Shown piece after piece: positions 48,342 through 58,779 of a stretch of DNA of 64,000 nt (within the stretch, counting starts at the first letter, position 1; each line of letters begins with the position of its first letter). The notes beneath the pieces are model-generated. The model was not told the DNA's origin. It searched no databases and saw nothing but the letters and a program-made list of their open reading frames with translations. Origin of the DNA: Ignavibacteriota bacterium. GTDB lineage: Bacteria; Bacteroidota; Ignavibacteria; UBA10030; UBA6906. A program made the position numbers and the translations under genes. The stretch lies in assembly GCA_963837815.1 (NCBI GenBank), contig CAWIOS010000015.1:129439-193438 (forward strand). The letters are read 5' to 3'.

Positions 48342-49603
48342 GGGGTCGGCAGGATCTCTATGGACGGCAGCGGAAAGATGAATTTCGTTCCGTGTTTCAT
48401 TGTCTCTTTTTCCCTCTCGAGGAATTCTTCACGGAAGTGCCAGGGGAGGACAAGGATAGTAATCGGGTTTCAGCCTCCGCGACTCCTCCTCGCTTATGAT
48501 GGGAATATCGGTACCGAGTGTCATGGCCCCGTATTTGTCCGGGTTCCTGTCGGCGGCCGCATCGATAATCTTCCTGTCGATCCCGCACCACTGGAGGATG
48601 GTGTTTCCCTTCGTTGACGCGCCGTACACGTGGATCTTCTTTCCCTCCTTTTTCAGCCTTTTGAGAAGTCCGATGAGTTCCTCGCGATGGACGTTTGATG
48701 TGATCCTGGAAATTCCGGTACGGCTTGTCCGTGTCGAGCTCCATGTCGAATTCCTCCTGGCGGAGCGTACGGAGATTCTGTGCGTACGCCTCGCGCCTGA
48801 ACGCGTAGTTGTCCGCGTGGGTGGCGAAACAGCGGATGCTCCCGCCGTTGATCCCGTTAAGCGAGACATCGACGATCTTCATTTCGGCGCGCTTCAGTAC
48901 GTTCTCGATAACCGCGAGACTGTAGTACTCAAGATGCTCGTGACAGATCGTGTCATAGGAATTCATCCGGAGCATCATCGGCATGTATGACATTTCGAAA
49001 ACCCAGAGCCCGGTCTTTGCAAGGAGTTGCTTGATGCCGCGCGTGAACTGCACCGGGTCTTCGAGGTCATAGAACATTGCGACGGACGTGATAATGTCAA
49101 ACGGCTCGCCCCCCGTCCGCGAGGCGAGTTCGCGCGATGGAAAGATATCCCGGACAAGCTCGATCCCTTCGCCGGCTTCGAGTGCGATGTCCGAGGGATC
49201 GATGCCGAATTTCACGAAACCGGGCGGGTAGCACTTCAGGAGCGTGCCGTCATTGCACCCGATGTCGAGCGACGCGCGCGGATGGCCTGTCCGTCAGTGA
49301 CATCGCCTGTGCGGCGATGCCCTGGAGGTGCGAGCGCATCGTGTTGTTGGTCCCCGATCGGTACCAGTAATCGGAATACAGAACCTCTGGTGGCACCGTA
49401 CTCTCCATCTGGAGAAGCCCGCACGCCTTCTCGTCTAGGAGGGGATTGCAGCGGACGAGGACAGTCGGAATTTTCCGCATCGGAGGAGGATCCTCCCCCT
49501 GCTTCACGAACGAACCCTGAAGATGTTGTTCGCCGAGATCGATCACCTTCGTCAGCGCGCTGGAACCGCAAACGCGGCAGGTTTTCCTGTGAATGAGATG
49601 CAT
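48338..49603 (-). pseudogene. NDP-hexose C-methyltransferase (TylCIII-like: Zn-ribbon + SAM MTase + C-terminal domain), broken by three 1-nt insertions
   Basis: The N-terminus (ORF 49250..49603) is MHLIHRKTCRVCGSSAL...YSDYWYRSGTNNTMRSHL. The junctions I reconstructed are RPSARV|LDIGCNDGTLLKCYPPGFVKFGIDPS (about 49270), NFQDHIKR|HREELIGLLKRLKKEGKKIHVYGASTKGN (about 48690), and RRLKPDYY|LVLPWHFREEFLEREKETMKHGTKFIFPLPSIEILPTP* (about 48445). Each is restored by removing one base. Confidence 0.75.
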
Positions 49604-49647
49604 TGATGTTCTCCTGAGTCAACAGCGTTGTCTTCTGGGCCCGACCG

Positions 49648-50691
49648 TCAGTAGCCGCGTTTCGAGACCTTTTCGAAATCGGACTTCGCCATCATGCGGA
49701 CAAGGTCGGGGAACGCGGTCTTTGGCGCCCAGCCCAGCTTCGTCCGCGCGCGCGTTGCGTCTCCGATCAGGAGGTCCACCTCCGTCGGGCGGTAGTACCG
49801 CGGATCCACCTGGACGCGGATCTCGCCGGTCTTCCCATCGATCCCCCGTTCCGCGGGTCCCTCTCCCCCCCACTCCAGCGGCATATCGAGAAGCCTGAAC
49901 GTCAGGTCGGCAAACTCCCTCACGGTATGGGTGGTTCCCGTCGCCAGGACGAAATCCCCGGGGGTCTCCTGCTGGAGCATCCGCCACATCCCCTCGCAGT
50001 ACTCGGGGGCGTAGCCCCAGTCCCTCTTCGCGTTGAGGTTGCCGAGCGCCACCGACTTCTGCATGCCGAGCTTGATGCGCGCGGCTGCGAGCGTGATCTT
50101 GCGCGTCACAAACCCCTCGCCGCGCCGCGGGGATTCATGGTTGAAGAGAATGCCGTTGCACGCGTACAGGTTATATGCTTCTCTGTAGTTGATCACGATC
50201 CAGTAGCCGTAAAGCTTTGCCACGCCGTACGGGCTCCGTGGATAGAACGGCGTCGTCTCGCTCTGGGGCGTTTCCCGAACCTTGCCGAACAGCTCGCTCG
50301 TCGAGGCCTGGTAGAAGCGCGTCTTGACGCCCGTTTCCCGTATCGCATCGAGAAAGCGGAGCGTTCCCACCGCGTCGACCTGCGCCGTGTACTCCGGCAC
50401 GTCGAACGAAACCTTCACGTGGCTCTGTGCCGCGAGGTTGTAGATCTCATCCGGCGTGATCTTCTCCAGGATCCGGTTCAGGTTCGATGTGTCCGTCACG
50501 TCGCCGTAATGGAGAAACAGCCGCTTGTCCATCAGCGAGTCGTTCTGAATGTACAGGTGATCGATCCTTCCCCTGTTGAAGGAACTGCTGCGGCGGATGA
50601 TGCCGTGGACTTCATACCCCTTGTCGAGAAGGAGTTCCGCCAGGTAGGAACCGTCCTGCCCCGTGATGCCCGAGATCAGCGCTTTTTTCAC
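49648..50691 (-). CDS. gmd: GDP-mannose 4,6-dehydratase
   Basis: 347 aa with [48 protein letters not shown] and SPYGVAKLY. Confidence 0.95.
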   Translation of the reverse strand: MKKALISGITGQDGSYLAELLLDKGYEVHGIIRRSSSFNRGRIDHLYIQNDSLMDKRLFLHYGDVTDTSNLNRILEKITPDEIYNLAAQSHVKVSFDVPEYTAQVDAVGTLRFLDAIRETGVKTRFYQASTSELFGKVRETPQSETTPFYPRSPYGVAKLYGYWIVINYREAYNLYACNGILFNHESPRRGEGFVTRKITLAAARIKLGMQKSVALGNLNAKRDWGYAPEYCEGMWRMLQQETPGDFVLATGTTHTVREFADLTFRLLDMPLEWGGEGPAERGIDGKTGEIRVQVDPRYYRPTEVDLLIGDATRARTKLGWAPKTAFPDLVRMMAKSDFEKVSKRGY

Positions 50692-50724
50692 TTGTGGCTT
50701 CCCGTCCTTCCGTTGTGTGAGTTC

Positions 50725-52029
50725 TTAGAATCTGTTGCGGATGAATGTCCGGATGTCCCTTGTTCTGCCCATGACCGCGGCGGCCGAGAGCGGAACGAAG
50801 CGGACGAGGAGTCTGGCAGTAAGGACCGACGTCAGGATGCTCGCCGCAAGATACCCCGCGCCGGCGCCGGCCGTCCCCCAGAGGGGGATGCAGAAAAGAA
50901 ACGCGGCCAGGGAAACGGCCAGAATCTGGATGCCGAGGATGAACGAAAGCCTCGCCTCGCCGAGGCCCATCAGCACGTTCGAACCGATCGAGGCGACGGG
51001 GACGACGAACGTGAGGAACGCGAAAAGCCTGAGAAGAGGTTCCGCCCCGGCATAGCGCCCACCGTACAGGAGGTGCACGAGAATCTCCGGAAACGCGAGG
51101 AAGACGACCGTCACAGGGATGAGCCCCAGCGTCAGGAACAGTATTGACTTCTCCGTCATCGCCTTCAGCGAGGGGTAGCTTCCCTGCGACGAAAGCCTCG
51201 ACGCTGCGGGGAGGATGAACATTTGGACGACCTGCGCCGCCATTTCGTAGATCCGGACGAACACCTTCGCCGAGTTATACACGGCGACCTGCACGGGTCC
51301 CGTGAAGGCGGACAGGATGAACGAATCCGCTTTTGTCGAGAAGAGGGAGCTGACGACGTTTCCAAGTGAGTACTTTCCGTAGTCCCACACCTGGCGCACG
51401 GCGGCCGTCGGTGGGCGAAGCCTGACGTGCATCATCGAGCGCGCAAACCAGAGGCCCGCAAGCGACGACGCCGAGAGGGAGACGATGTTGATGAATACGA
51501 GGTCCATGGCGGAATCGAATCGGTGAAGCCGGGACATCACCCACACCAGAAGCGGAGCGCCGACAAAGTGCACCGCGTCCGTCCAGAACACCTGCTGGAC
51601 GCGGAACTGCGACTGCAGGAGCGCGAGCGTGAAGTTGCGGAAGAACGACGCCGCGAGCATCGCGGGCACGTAGAGCAGGAGCACCGGGAGTGACGGGGAA
51701 TTGAACACCGCTCCCGCGGGCGCGCTGCATGCCGCCACGGCAAGGGAAGCAGCCGCGATGAACAGGCCGTTCAGGAGAAGAGACGCCGACACGATCCCTT
51801 CGAGTTGTGCGTTCTCCTCCGACGAGAACTTCAGGAGCGGCTGAAGCGCGAACGCCGTCGCGAGTCCGGAGATCACAAGAAACACCTCCTGCACGAGCAC
51901 GAAGTTGCCAAACTCCTCTTCCGGGAGAACGCGGATCACGAGCCATACGTACCCGATGCCGTAGACGACCGGCAGCGCCTTGTCGGCGAGTCCCCATGCC
52001 CCCTTTACCAGGTATTTCCCGAACTCCAT
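50725..52029 (-). CDS. second MOP-superfamily polysaccharide flippase/exporter
   Basis: 434 aa, polytopic, with a Wzx/PST-like pattern. Confidence 0.75.
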   Translation of the reverse strand: MEFGKYLVKGAWGLADKALPVVYGIGYVWLVIRVLPEEEFGNFVLVQEVFLVISGLATAFALQPLLKFSSEENAQLEGIVSASLLLNGLFIAAASLAVAACSAPAGAVFNSPSLPVLLLYVPAMLAASFFRNFTLALLQSQFRVQQVFWTDAVHFVGAPLLVWVMSRLHRFDSAMDLVFINIVSLSASSLAGLWFARSMMHVRLRPPTAAVRQVWDYGKYSLGNVVSSLFSTKADSFILSAFTGPVQVAVYNSAKVFVRIYEMAAQVVQMFILPAASRLSSQGSYPSLKAMTEKSILFLTLGLIPVTVVFLAFPEILVHLLYGGRYAGAEPLLRLFAFLTFVVPVASIGSNVLMGLGEARLSFILGIQILAVSLAAFLFCIPLWGTAGAGAGYLAASILTSVLTARLLVRFVPLSAAAVMGRTRDIRTFIRNRF

Positions 52030-52035
52030 GGCGGA

Positions 52036-52869
52036 TCAGTGCCGGGAGAGAAGGTAGCGGGCGGCGGTGTACCCGTGGCCGACGAAATTCATCCACGGGA
52101 AAACTAGCCAGTGATACCAGGAGGCATGCCGGCTGAAGAAGCGAAAGTTGCTCACGAATTTGTTCCTCAACTTGAACGATGAAAGATGGCCTCCGGCGCT
52201 GACGGACACCTTGTGCCAGACCCTGGCCCGCGGCTCATACAGGATGTGCAGCCCCACCCTCCGCGCGCGCATGCACCAGTCTGCGTCTTCCGCGTACATG
52301 AAATACGATTCGTCGAGGAGCCCCACTCGTTCCAGCGTCGTGCGGCTCGTGAGGAAACAGCACCCCGTTGCGTAGCCTGTCTCGCACGGTTCGTCGAATC
52401 TGCCGTCGTCCTGCTCACGAATCCCGCGGTGGCGCATGGTCCCCGTCCAGAACGAGATCTCGCCACCGGCGTACCACAGCCGGCCGGGATCCGCCGAGTA
52501 GAGAATCTTCGGCGCGACGGCGCCGGCGCCGGGAGTCGATTGAAGCCTCGAGGTCATCTGCCTGAGGAAATCCGGATCGACGGTGGTGTCGTTGTTGAGA
52601 AGCGCAATCTGTTCCGCGCCGTTCGCGAGCGCGTGGCGTATGCCGGCGTTGTTCCCGCCGGCGAACCTGAGATTCGATCCCGTCTCGAGAAGCATGACGC
52701 CGGGATAATCGCGGCGGATGGCGTCCTGCGAGCCGTCCGTCGATCCGTTGTCCACGACGAGAACGCGCAGCAGGGGGTAGACGACGCGGCCGAGAGATGC
52801 CAGGCATTCAAGTGTGTCATCCCTCCCGTTCCAGTTCACAACGATGACGTACGTGAGGGGCGCGGGCAT
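52036..52869 (-). CDS. family-2 glycosyltransferase
   Basis: ORF 52036..53181, start trimmed to MPAPLTYVIVVNWNGRDDTLECL (ATGA overlap with the upstream stop). It contains VVDNGSTDGS, LLNNDT and MYAEDADWCMR. Confidence 0.85.
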   Translation of the reverse strand: MPAPLTYVIVVNWNGRDDTLECLASLGRVVYPLLRVLVVDNGSTDGSQDAIRRDYPGVMLLETGSNLRFAGGNNAGIRHALANGAEQIALLNNDTTVDPDFLRQMTSRLQSTPGAGAVAPKILYSADPGRLWYAGGEISFWTGTMRHRGIREQDDGRFDEPCETGYATGCCFLTSRTTLERVGLLDESYFMYAEDADWCMRARRVGLHILYEPRARVWHKVSVSAGGHLSSFKLRNKFVSNFRFFSRHASWYHWLVFPWMNFVGHGYTAARYLLSRH

Positions 52870-53636
52870 CAGGCTTCCGCGAGGAGATAGATGACCCCGG
52901 TGCACGCGAACTCTCGGAGAAGAGGAACGTGCTCCACGATGCCGGCCCTGAGCGGTTGCAATCCGAACCGGATGTGGTTCGGGCTGATCAGGTAGGCCTG
53001 CCTGTGCTCGACGCGTAGCCCTCCGCCGGCTGCGATTCGCTCGAATTTTCTCATCCCCATCCTCAGCCTGCGGAGCTTGGCGACTTCCTCCACCATGTGG
53101 GGAGCCTCCCCCCTCAGGTGCGGGATGATGAGTGACCCCGCAAAGGGCACAAGGTGAAAAAACGGAAGCCGCGCGAACCATGTCCGGAAATGCTGCTGGT
53201 GGCCGCCATAAGCGGAATAGTAGGGGGGAAACGTGATGAAGATCTTTCCCCCCGGGTTCAGGTACCCCTTGAGCCGCGAGATCATCGCAGGCTTGTGGTC
53301 AAGATGCTCGAACACGTCATGGAGCGTAACGAGATCAAACCGCGTGCCGCTGAAGGGCACGGCCCCGTCGTACATGTTCCCGTGCGTGAACGTAATCGCG
53401 CGCTCTCCACACAGCGCGAGCGCCGTCTGGATACGTCCTGCGTCAATATCGAATCCCGTGCACACGCCCCCGCGGTCGTGCAGGGCGCAGAGTCCGCCCC
53501 CCTCGCCGCATCCCACGTCGAGAATGGAGGCGCCGTCAAGGCGCGTTCCCCATGCGCCGAAAAGCGGGATGATGGAGCGGGCGCAGACGTCGTATTCGTA
53601 CTGCCAGTACGTTCGTGCGTGGTCATCTCCGTTCAT
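52869..53636 (-). CDS. class I SAM-dependent methyltransferase
   Basis: 255 aa with ILDVGCGEGGG...FDLVTLHDVFEHL...LNPGGKIFITFPP. Confidence 0.8.
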   Translation of the reverse strand: MNGDDHARTYWQYEYDVCARSIIPLFGAWGTRLDGASILDVGCGEGGGLCALHDRGGVCTGFDIDAGRIQTALALCGERAITFTHGNMYDGAVPFSGTRFDLVTLHDVFEHLDHKPAMISRLKGYLNPGGKIFITFPPYYSAYGGHQQHFRTWFARLPFFHLVPFAGSLIIPHLRGEAPHMVEEVAKLRRLRMGMRKFERIAAGGGLRVEHRQAYLISPNHIRFGLQPLRAGIVEHVPLLREFACTGVIYLLAEA

Positions 53637-53683
53637 GTATCACCTCCCGCGTCAATCCAGTCATAGTGTACGGAATGGGTGAA

Positions 53684-54805
53684 TCATTGTCCGAGCGTTT
53701 CGATTGCGGCGGCGAGGTTTTGCCACGAATAGTTCTTCTTTTCCTCGCCGACCGTCCGCCGGAGCCGGTCCGTGTCGACGGACGTAAAGTACTCGACGAT
53801 CCTTCCGGCAAGCGCGCCGGGATCATCCGGCGGAACAAGGAGTCCCGTCACGCCTTCCCGCACAACTTCCGACAGGCCGCCGACGCGCGTTGCGATGACC
53901 GGAAGATCAAAATGATACGCGATCTGGGCGATCCCGCTCTGCGTGGCGGACGTGTACGGGAGAACGAGTGCGTCCGCCGCCGAAAAATAATGCCTCACCT
54001 CGTCGTTTGGTACGTAGTCGGAGCGGAGCGTGACGATCTCCTCGAGCCCCAGCCGGCCGATCTGATCCCTGTACGACTTTTCGGCGTCATAGAACTCGCC
54101 GACCACAAGGAGCGTGATGTCGCGCCGTTCCCTGAGGAGGGCCATTGCGTCGAGGAGGACATGCAGCCCCTTGTACTTCCGGACGTACCCGAAGAAGAGG
54201 AGCACATGCGGGGCCGTGATTCCCAGGCGTGTGCGCGCCTCGGACCGGGGAAGGGGAGAACCGAACCCGTTGTACACCGGGTGCGGGACGTACGCATGGG
54301 GAACGCCGGGAAAAAGCGTCAGGAGGTCCCGCTCCACCGCTCGTGACTGTACAATAAAGCCGTCCCCCGCACCGAATGCGTACCGTGTAAAGAGCCGGTC
54401 TCCGGGACGCCGTTCATGCGGTATCACGTTGTCACAGATGAACACAACCTTCGCGTCGGTCCCCCTCTTAACGACGCGCGCAATTGTTCCGAAACAGGGG
54501 CCGAAGAAAGGGAGCCAGTATTTGAATATCAACAGATCGGGGCGGCGCGAGCGTATCGAGCGGCCGGTCGACACCCAGTTAAAGGGATTGACGGAATCCA
54601 CGAGAACCCTGCTCGGGACGAGGAACTCGTCCGGCGATCCCTCCTCCTTCTGCGTTTTGCCGGGAAAAAGGAATCCCGGATACTGCCGGCGGAACGTCAC
54701 AATGTCAACGTCGTGCCTGACACTCAGTTCCCTGTAGAGAAGGGCGTTGTACTGTGCGATCCCTCCCCGCAGCGGAGAGGCGGCGCCGACAATCGTGATT
54801 TTCAT
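53684..54805 (-). CDS. family-4 (GT-B) glycosyltransferase
   Basis: ORF 53684..54988, start trimmed to MKITIVGAASPLRGGIAQY (ATGA overlap). It contains LLFFGYVRKYKGLHVLL and LPYTSATQSGIAQIAYHFDLPVIAT. Confidence 0.85.
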   Translation of the reverse strand: MKITIVGAASPLRGGIAQYNALLYRELSVRHDVDIVTFRRQYPGFLFPGKTQKEEGSPDEFLVPSRVLVDSVNPFNWVSTGRSIRSRRPDLLIFKYWLPFFGPCFGTIARVVKRGTDAKVVFICDNVIPHERRPGDRLFTRYAFGAGDGFIVQSRAVERDLLTLFPGVPHAYVPHPVYNGFGSPLPRSEARTRLGITAPHVLLFFGYVRKYKGLHVLLDAMALLRERRDITLLVVGEFYDAEKSYRDQIGRLGLEEIVTLRSDYVPNDEVRHYFSAADALVLPYTSATQSGIAQIAYHFDLPVIATRVGGLSEVVREGVTGLLVPPDDPGALAGRIVEYFTSVDTDRLRRTVGEEKKNYSWQNLAAAIETLGQ

Positions 54806-55536
54806 GCCGTACCGCTTTTCCTGGCGAGGCACAGGAGGGACAGCCCCACCGGGAGCGTCGCGTGCGGAAGGAGACCGCGTTCCGCCCGGAACACGCCGCG
54901 GAGAAGTGCGTTCAGGAAACGCGGGGGGATGTCGAGATCGTTTGCTTCCCCGGAACCGGTCGCACGCGCGGCAAGCCGTTTTGCCCACGCCACCGGGAAG
55001 AGCAGAGTGTTGAAAAACGTCAAATGTTCCACCGCAAACCCCGCATGTTCAACGACCCGGCGGAGTCCGCTCCGTGTGTATCTCCTCCTGTGGTGGAGGA
55101 TCTCGTCGTGCTTGCTCCAGAGCGAGGGAAACGCCGGGACGGCGATGAGGATGTGTCCCCCGGGACCGAGAAGGCGGCGTGCGGTGCGGAGGAGCCCGTC
55201 ATCGTCCTCCACGTGCTCGACCATATCGAGCATCGTGATGAGATCGAACGGATCCGACGGGGGATACATCTCCAACGTGCCGAGGTGGAGCCGGGTGAGC
55301 CCCCGTTCCCTGCAGAAAGCGATCGCCTGCGGCGCCATGTCCGAGCCATACGCCTGGTAGCGACGTGAGAACGACTCCAGGATCGCACCCGTGCCGCACC
55401 CGACGTCAAGTATGCGTGCCGTCGGGGGGAGAGAGAGCCGCCGGTCAATGTAGTGCAGGAGGATTTCCTTCCGCGCCGTGAACCACCAGTGCTCGTTTTC
55501 CACCTCGTACAGCTGCCGGTATACCTGGTCTTCCAT
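54802..55536 (-). CDS. class I SAM-dependent methyltransferase
   Basis: 244 aa with ENEHWWFTARKEIL, ILDVGCGTGA and FDLITMLDMVEHVEDD. Confidence 0.85.
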   Translation of the reverse strand: MEDQVYRQLYEVENEHWWFTARKEILLHYIDRRLSLPPTARILDVGCGTGAILESFSRRYQAYGSDMAPQAIAFCRERGLTRLHLGTLEMYPPSDPFDLITMLDMVEHVEDDDGLLRTARRLLGPGGHILIAVPAFPSLWSKHDEILHHRRRYTRSGLRRVVEHAGFAVEHLTFFNTLLFPVAWAKRLAARATGSGEANDLDIPPRFLNALLRGVFRAERGLLPHATLPVGLSLLCLARKSGTA

Positions 55537-55539
55537 CAG

Positions 55540-56457
55540 TCAGAACCCGATTCTGTCGCGAATAACGTAGAGGGGCCGTTTCTTCACCTCTTCATAGATC
55601 CGGCTTATGTACTCGCCGATCACCCCGAGCGTCACAAGTATTATCCCGCCGACGAAAAGAATCGAGAGAATGGTAGACGCCCAGCCAAGTATCGCCTGGT
55701 CGGTGAAGAGTTTGGCGTAGATCACGTAAAATCCCCCGGCGAACGATGCGGCAGCCGCGAGAAGCCCCATGTAGACCGCGAGGCGAAGGGGGACATTGGA
55801 AAACGAGAAGATCCCGTCGAGCGCAAGCTGCACGAGCCGGCCGAGGCTCATCTGCGGTTTGCCGGCGAACCGGGGATCGCGGTCATACGCAATCGCGGTT
55901 TGCTGGAACCCGGCCCACGCCCTCAGTCCGCTGATGTACCTGTTCCGCTCAGGCATCGTGCGGAGAACCTCGACGACCCGCCTGTCCATCAGCGAGAAAT
56001 TCCCCGCGTCCATAGGTATCTGAATCGTCGAGAGAGCATGAAGGATCCTGTAGAACGAGCGGAACGCGAGACGCTTGAAGGGGTTCTCCCTCCGGCTCCG
56101 TTTCACCGTGTACACGACGTGGAATCCTTCCTTCCAGAGCCTTACCATCGCCGGGAGGAGCTCGGGGGGATCTTGGAGATCCCCGTCCATGAGCACGACC
56201 GCATCACCCCGGGCCTCATCGAGCCCCGCGGAGATGGCGATCTGGTGGCCGAAGTTGCGGGAAAGCCGGATCACCTTGATCCTCGGATCCTCCGCGTTCA
56301 TCGCGGTCATGAGACCGTACGAACCGTCGCGGCTTCCGTCGTCGATAAATATGACCTCATACGGCTCGTCGAGCGCGGCAGCCGCCGCGGCCAGCCGCGA
56401 GCGAAGCTCCGGGAGAATGCGTTCCTCGTTGAATATCGGTATGATGATTGAGTACAT
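55540..56457 (-). CDS. GtrB/ArnC-like polyprenyl-phosphate glycosyltransferase (GT2)
   Basis: ORF 55540..56856, start trimmed to MYSIIIPIFNEERILPEL (ATGA overlap with the YfhO stop). It contains FIDDGSRDGS, VLMDGDLQDPPE and two C-terminal TM helices. Confidence 0.85.
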   Translation of the reverse strand: MYSIIIPIFNEERILPELRSRLAAAAAALDEPYEVIFIDDGSRDGSYGLMTAMNAEDPRIKVIRLSRNFGHQIAISAGLDEARGDAVVLMDGDLQDPPELLPAMVRLWKEGFHVVYTVKRSRRENPFKRLAFRSFYRILHALSTIQIPMDAGNFSLMDRRVVEVLRTMPERNRYISGLRAWAGFQQTAIAYDRDPRFAGKPQMSLGRLVQLALDGIFSFSNVPLRLAVYMGLLAAAASFAGGFYVIYAKLFTDQAILGWASTILSILFVGGIILVTLGVIGEYISRIYEEVKKRPLYVIRDRIGF

Positions 56458-58769
56458 CAGCGATGGTCCTCCGGCAGTCGTTTTTTGCGCAGGGCGGGCA
56501 CCGCGAGCCCGGCAAGACACGCGAGCAGGGCTGCGGCCGTAATCCATGCACCGCTCACGAGCGGAGCCGGGGCGAACCGGAACTCGACGTGATGCTTTCC
56601 TGCGGGGAAGACGATCCCCCGGAGATTGTAGTCCGTCCGCAGTATCCCCGTCTCGGCGCCGTCGACGAAGGCCTTCCACCCAGGGTAGAAGATCTCGCTC
56701 AGCACCAGTATCCCTTCCGCCGGGGAATCGGCCTCGAGTTCCACGCGATTGTCGTCGTATGCGGTGACGCGGGCGCTGCCGGGTGGCGGGCCAGGTTGCG
56801 GAGGTGCATGCAGCGGGGAATCCTGCTCCAGTATCGCCGTCCGCCTGTGGTCCCATGCCGTGTCCCCGATCGCCGCGGCGAGCTCCTGCTCCGTGCGCGC
56901 GGTGCGGATGTCATAGAGAAGATACGCTCGCGGCATGTACGTCGGGTTGGAGACGAGCGACAATGTGCCCGCCCGTCTGTCAAACAACGTCCTGTACCTG
57001 ACGTTCAGAAGGTCGAATTTCCGGGTATCGTCAAACGGGGGGATTGCTCGCTGGAGGACGAGCGGCGTGTACCCTTCCAGCGTGAATATCCTGTCCACCA
57101 TCCCCTGGTTCCTGTCCATGATCATGCCGTACTCGTTCCGCGTATTGACACGGAACATGTCGTTTTTCATAACGCCCCTGAGAAATCGCACGATCGGGTC
57201 GGCACGGTGGAAATAGTCGTCCGGATTTACCTGCGACGCGTTCTGCCCGGCGCCGAAGACAAACATGTCGATGAAAAAGACCCCCGGGAGCACAAGGGAG
57301 GCGCGGGACCTCCATGTCCTGCCGGCGCCGAACAGCAGGAGCGCGCCGGCGGACGCCAGCACGAAGAGCAGGCTCCAGTGCGCGTCCATCCTCAGTGCAT
57401 CCGCAATGGCGGGATTGTTTGGAACGCCGAGCGCCCCGTCGAGTATCCCCGTTGCCACGGCTCCCCAGACTGCAATTCCTGCGCCCGTGCAGGCAAGAAG
57501 GAGCACGCGTATGCGGCGCGCCTCCGGGGAGTTCTTCTCCGCCTGGAGCATTACCTGCAGCGCGAATGCGGCGAGGAGCGATCCCGCCAGTGAAAAAAAG
57601 ACGCCCGCGCGTGCGGGATTGCGGAATTTGTCGAATCCCGGTATGGAGTCCAGGATCAGCCTGTGAAGGATGAAGTTATTCCCCAGTGCAAACAGGAGCG
57701 TAACGACAGCCACTCCCCAGAAAAAAGCGACGTGGGGATTCTTCCGGATGAGGAGAGCCGAGATCACGATAAGCATCGTTGGAAGGATGCCGACGTAGAT
57801 GCAGGTCTCCCAGAAATACCAGTACGTCCCGGGCCCCCAGTACGTGCTTCCCGCGGCCCCGGCGGCGCCGAAGAGCTTTGGAACAAATAAGGTCAGAAGC
57901 TGGGCCCATGCAAGTGAGCCCTCCGTCGACTTCTCGTACGTAATCTGCGCGCGCTGCGAGAGTCCGGCCAGTTCTGCCGTGGGAAGGAGCTGAATTGCCG
58001 CGATGGCAAGACCCAGTCCCACGATCATTGCCGCCTTCGCGCAAAGAACGAACGCCGGCCGGGAGAGAAGAGCCCTTCCCCTGTAGCCGTTCACGAGGAG
58101 GAACAGGAAATAGGCGAAAAGGAACGCGTGAAAGTAGAGCGACAGCTGGGGGTACCCGGCGAATGTCGAGTGGCCGAGGACAAGCGCGCAGAGGAACACG
58201 GGATGCCACCGTTCCCCGGTGAGGGCCGCCCGGAAGAGCATGATGACAAGCGGAAACCATGCCACCATCGTGATGATCTGCTGGTGGATGGCGTGCGTGA
58301 TCATGAACCCGGAGAGCATGTACGCGGCGCCTGCGAACAGCGCCGGTGCGCGCCGGAGATCGAGCGAGGATGCAAGCAGGTACATCGCCCAACCCGCCAG
58401 AACGTAATGGGCGATGACCATGAGCTCGAGCCAGTAAAAACTCAGCGCGCCGTTCCTGACGAACAGTGCGAGAGCCACGCAGGGGAGATAGAGAACGGTC
58501 GTCTGGATGTCGGCCAGGAACGGCATGCCGCAAAACGTGTAGGGGTTCCAGAGCGGGAGGTGCCCCATGGCCATCGACGTGGCGGCGAAGACGCGGACAG
58601 GGTAGCTGAAATACATCATGTCCTCCCACAGCCATGCTTCGCCGAAGAGGATTTTCCAGAAAAACAGCACGACCATGCCGGCGTAGAGGACTACGGCCTT
58701 CCAGTCGCGGAGAGCCGCGCTCGCGCCCTCTCTCCGGGTGGTTTTCTCTGTCGAGGGGTGTCGGGTCAT
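56457..58769 (-). CDS. YfhO-family polytopic membrane glycosyltransferase (intact paralog)
   Basis: ORF 56457..58982, start trimmed to MTRHPSTEKTT because the upstream GT9 gene ends at 58780. It has about 14 TM segments and a large C-terminal extracytoplasmic domain ending in a TM anchor. It is collinear with the frameshifted copy at 40094..42639. Confidence 0.8.
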   Translation of the reverse strand: MTRHPSTEKTTRREGASAALRDWKAVVLYAGMVVLFFWKILFGEAWLWEDMMYFSYPVRVFAATSMAMGHLPLWNPYTFCGMPFLADIQTTVLYLPCVALALFVRNGALSFYWLELMVIAHYVLAGWAMYLLASSLDLRRAPALFAGAAYMLSGFMITHAIHQQIITMVAWFPLVIMLFRAALTGERWHPVFLCALVLGHSTFAGYPQLSLYFHAFLFAYFLFLLVNGYRGRALLSRPAFVLCAKAAMIVGLGLAIAAIQLLPTAELAGLSQRAQITYEKSTEGSLAWAQLLTLFVPKLFGAAGAAGSTYWGPGTYWYFWETCIYVGILPTMLIVISALLIRKNPHVAFFWGVAVVTLLFALGNNFILHRLILDSIPGFDKFRNPARAGVFFSLAGSLLAAFALQVMLQAEKNSPEARRIRVLLLACTGAGIAVWGAVATGILDGALGVPNNPAIADALRMDAHWSLLFVLASAGALLLFGAGRTWRSRASLVLPGVFFIDMFVFGAGQNASQVNPDDYFHRADPIVRFLRGVMKNDMFRVNTRNEYGMIMDRNQGMVDRIFTLEGYTPLVLQRAIPPFDDTRKFDLLNVRYRTLFDRRAGTLSLVSNPTYMPRAYLLYDIRTARTEQELAAAIGDTAWDHRRTAILEQDSPLHAPPQPGPPPGSARVTAYDDNRVELEADSPAEGILVLSEIFYPGWKAFVDGAETGILRTDYNLRGIVFPAGKHHVEFRFAPAPLVSGAWITAAALLACLAGLAVPALRKKRLPEDHR

Positions 58770-58779
58770 GGATGTGGCG

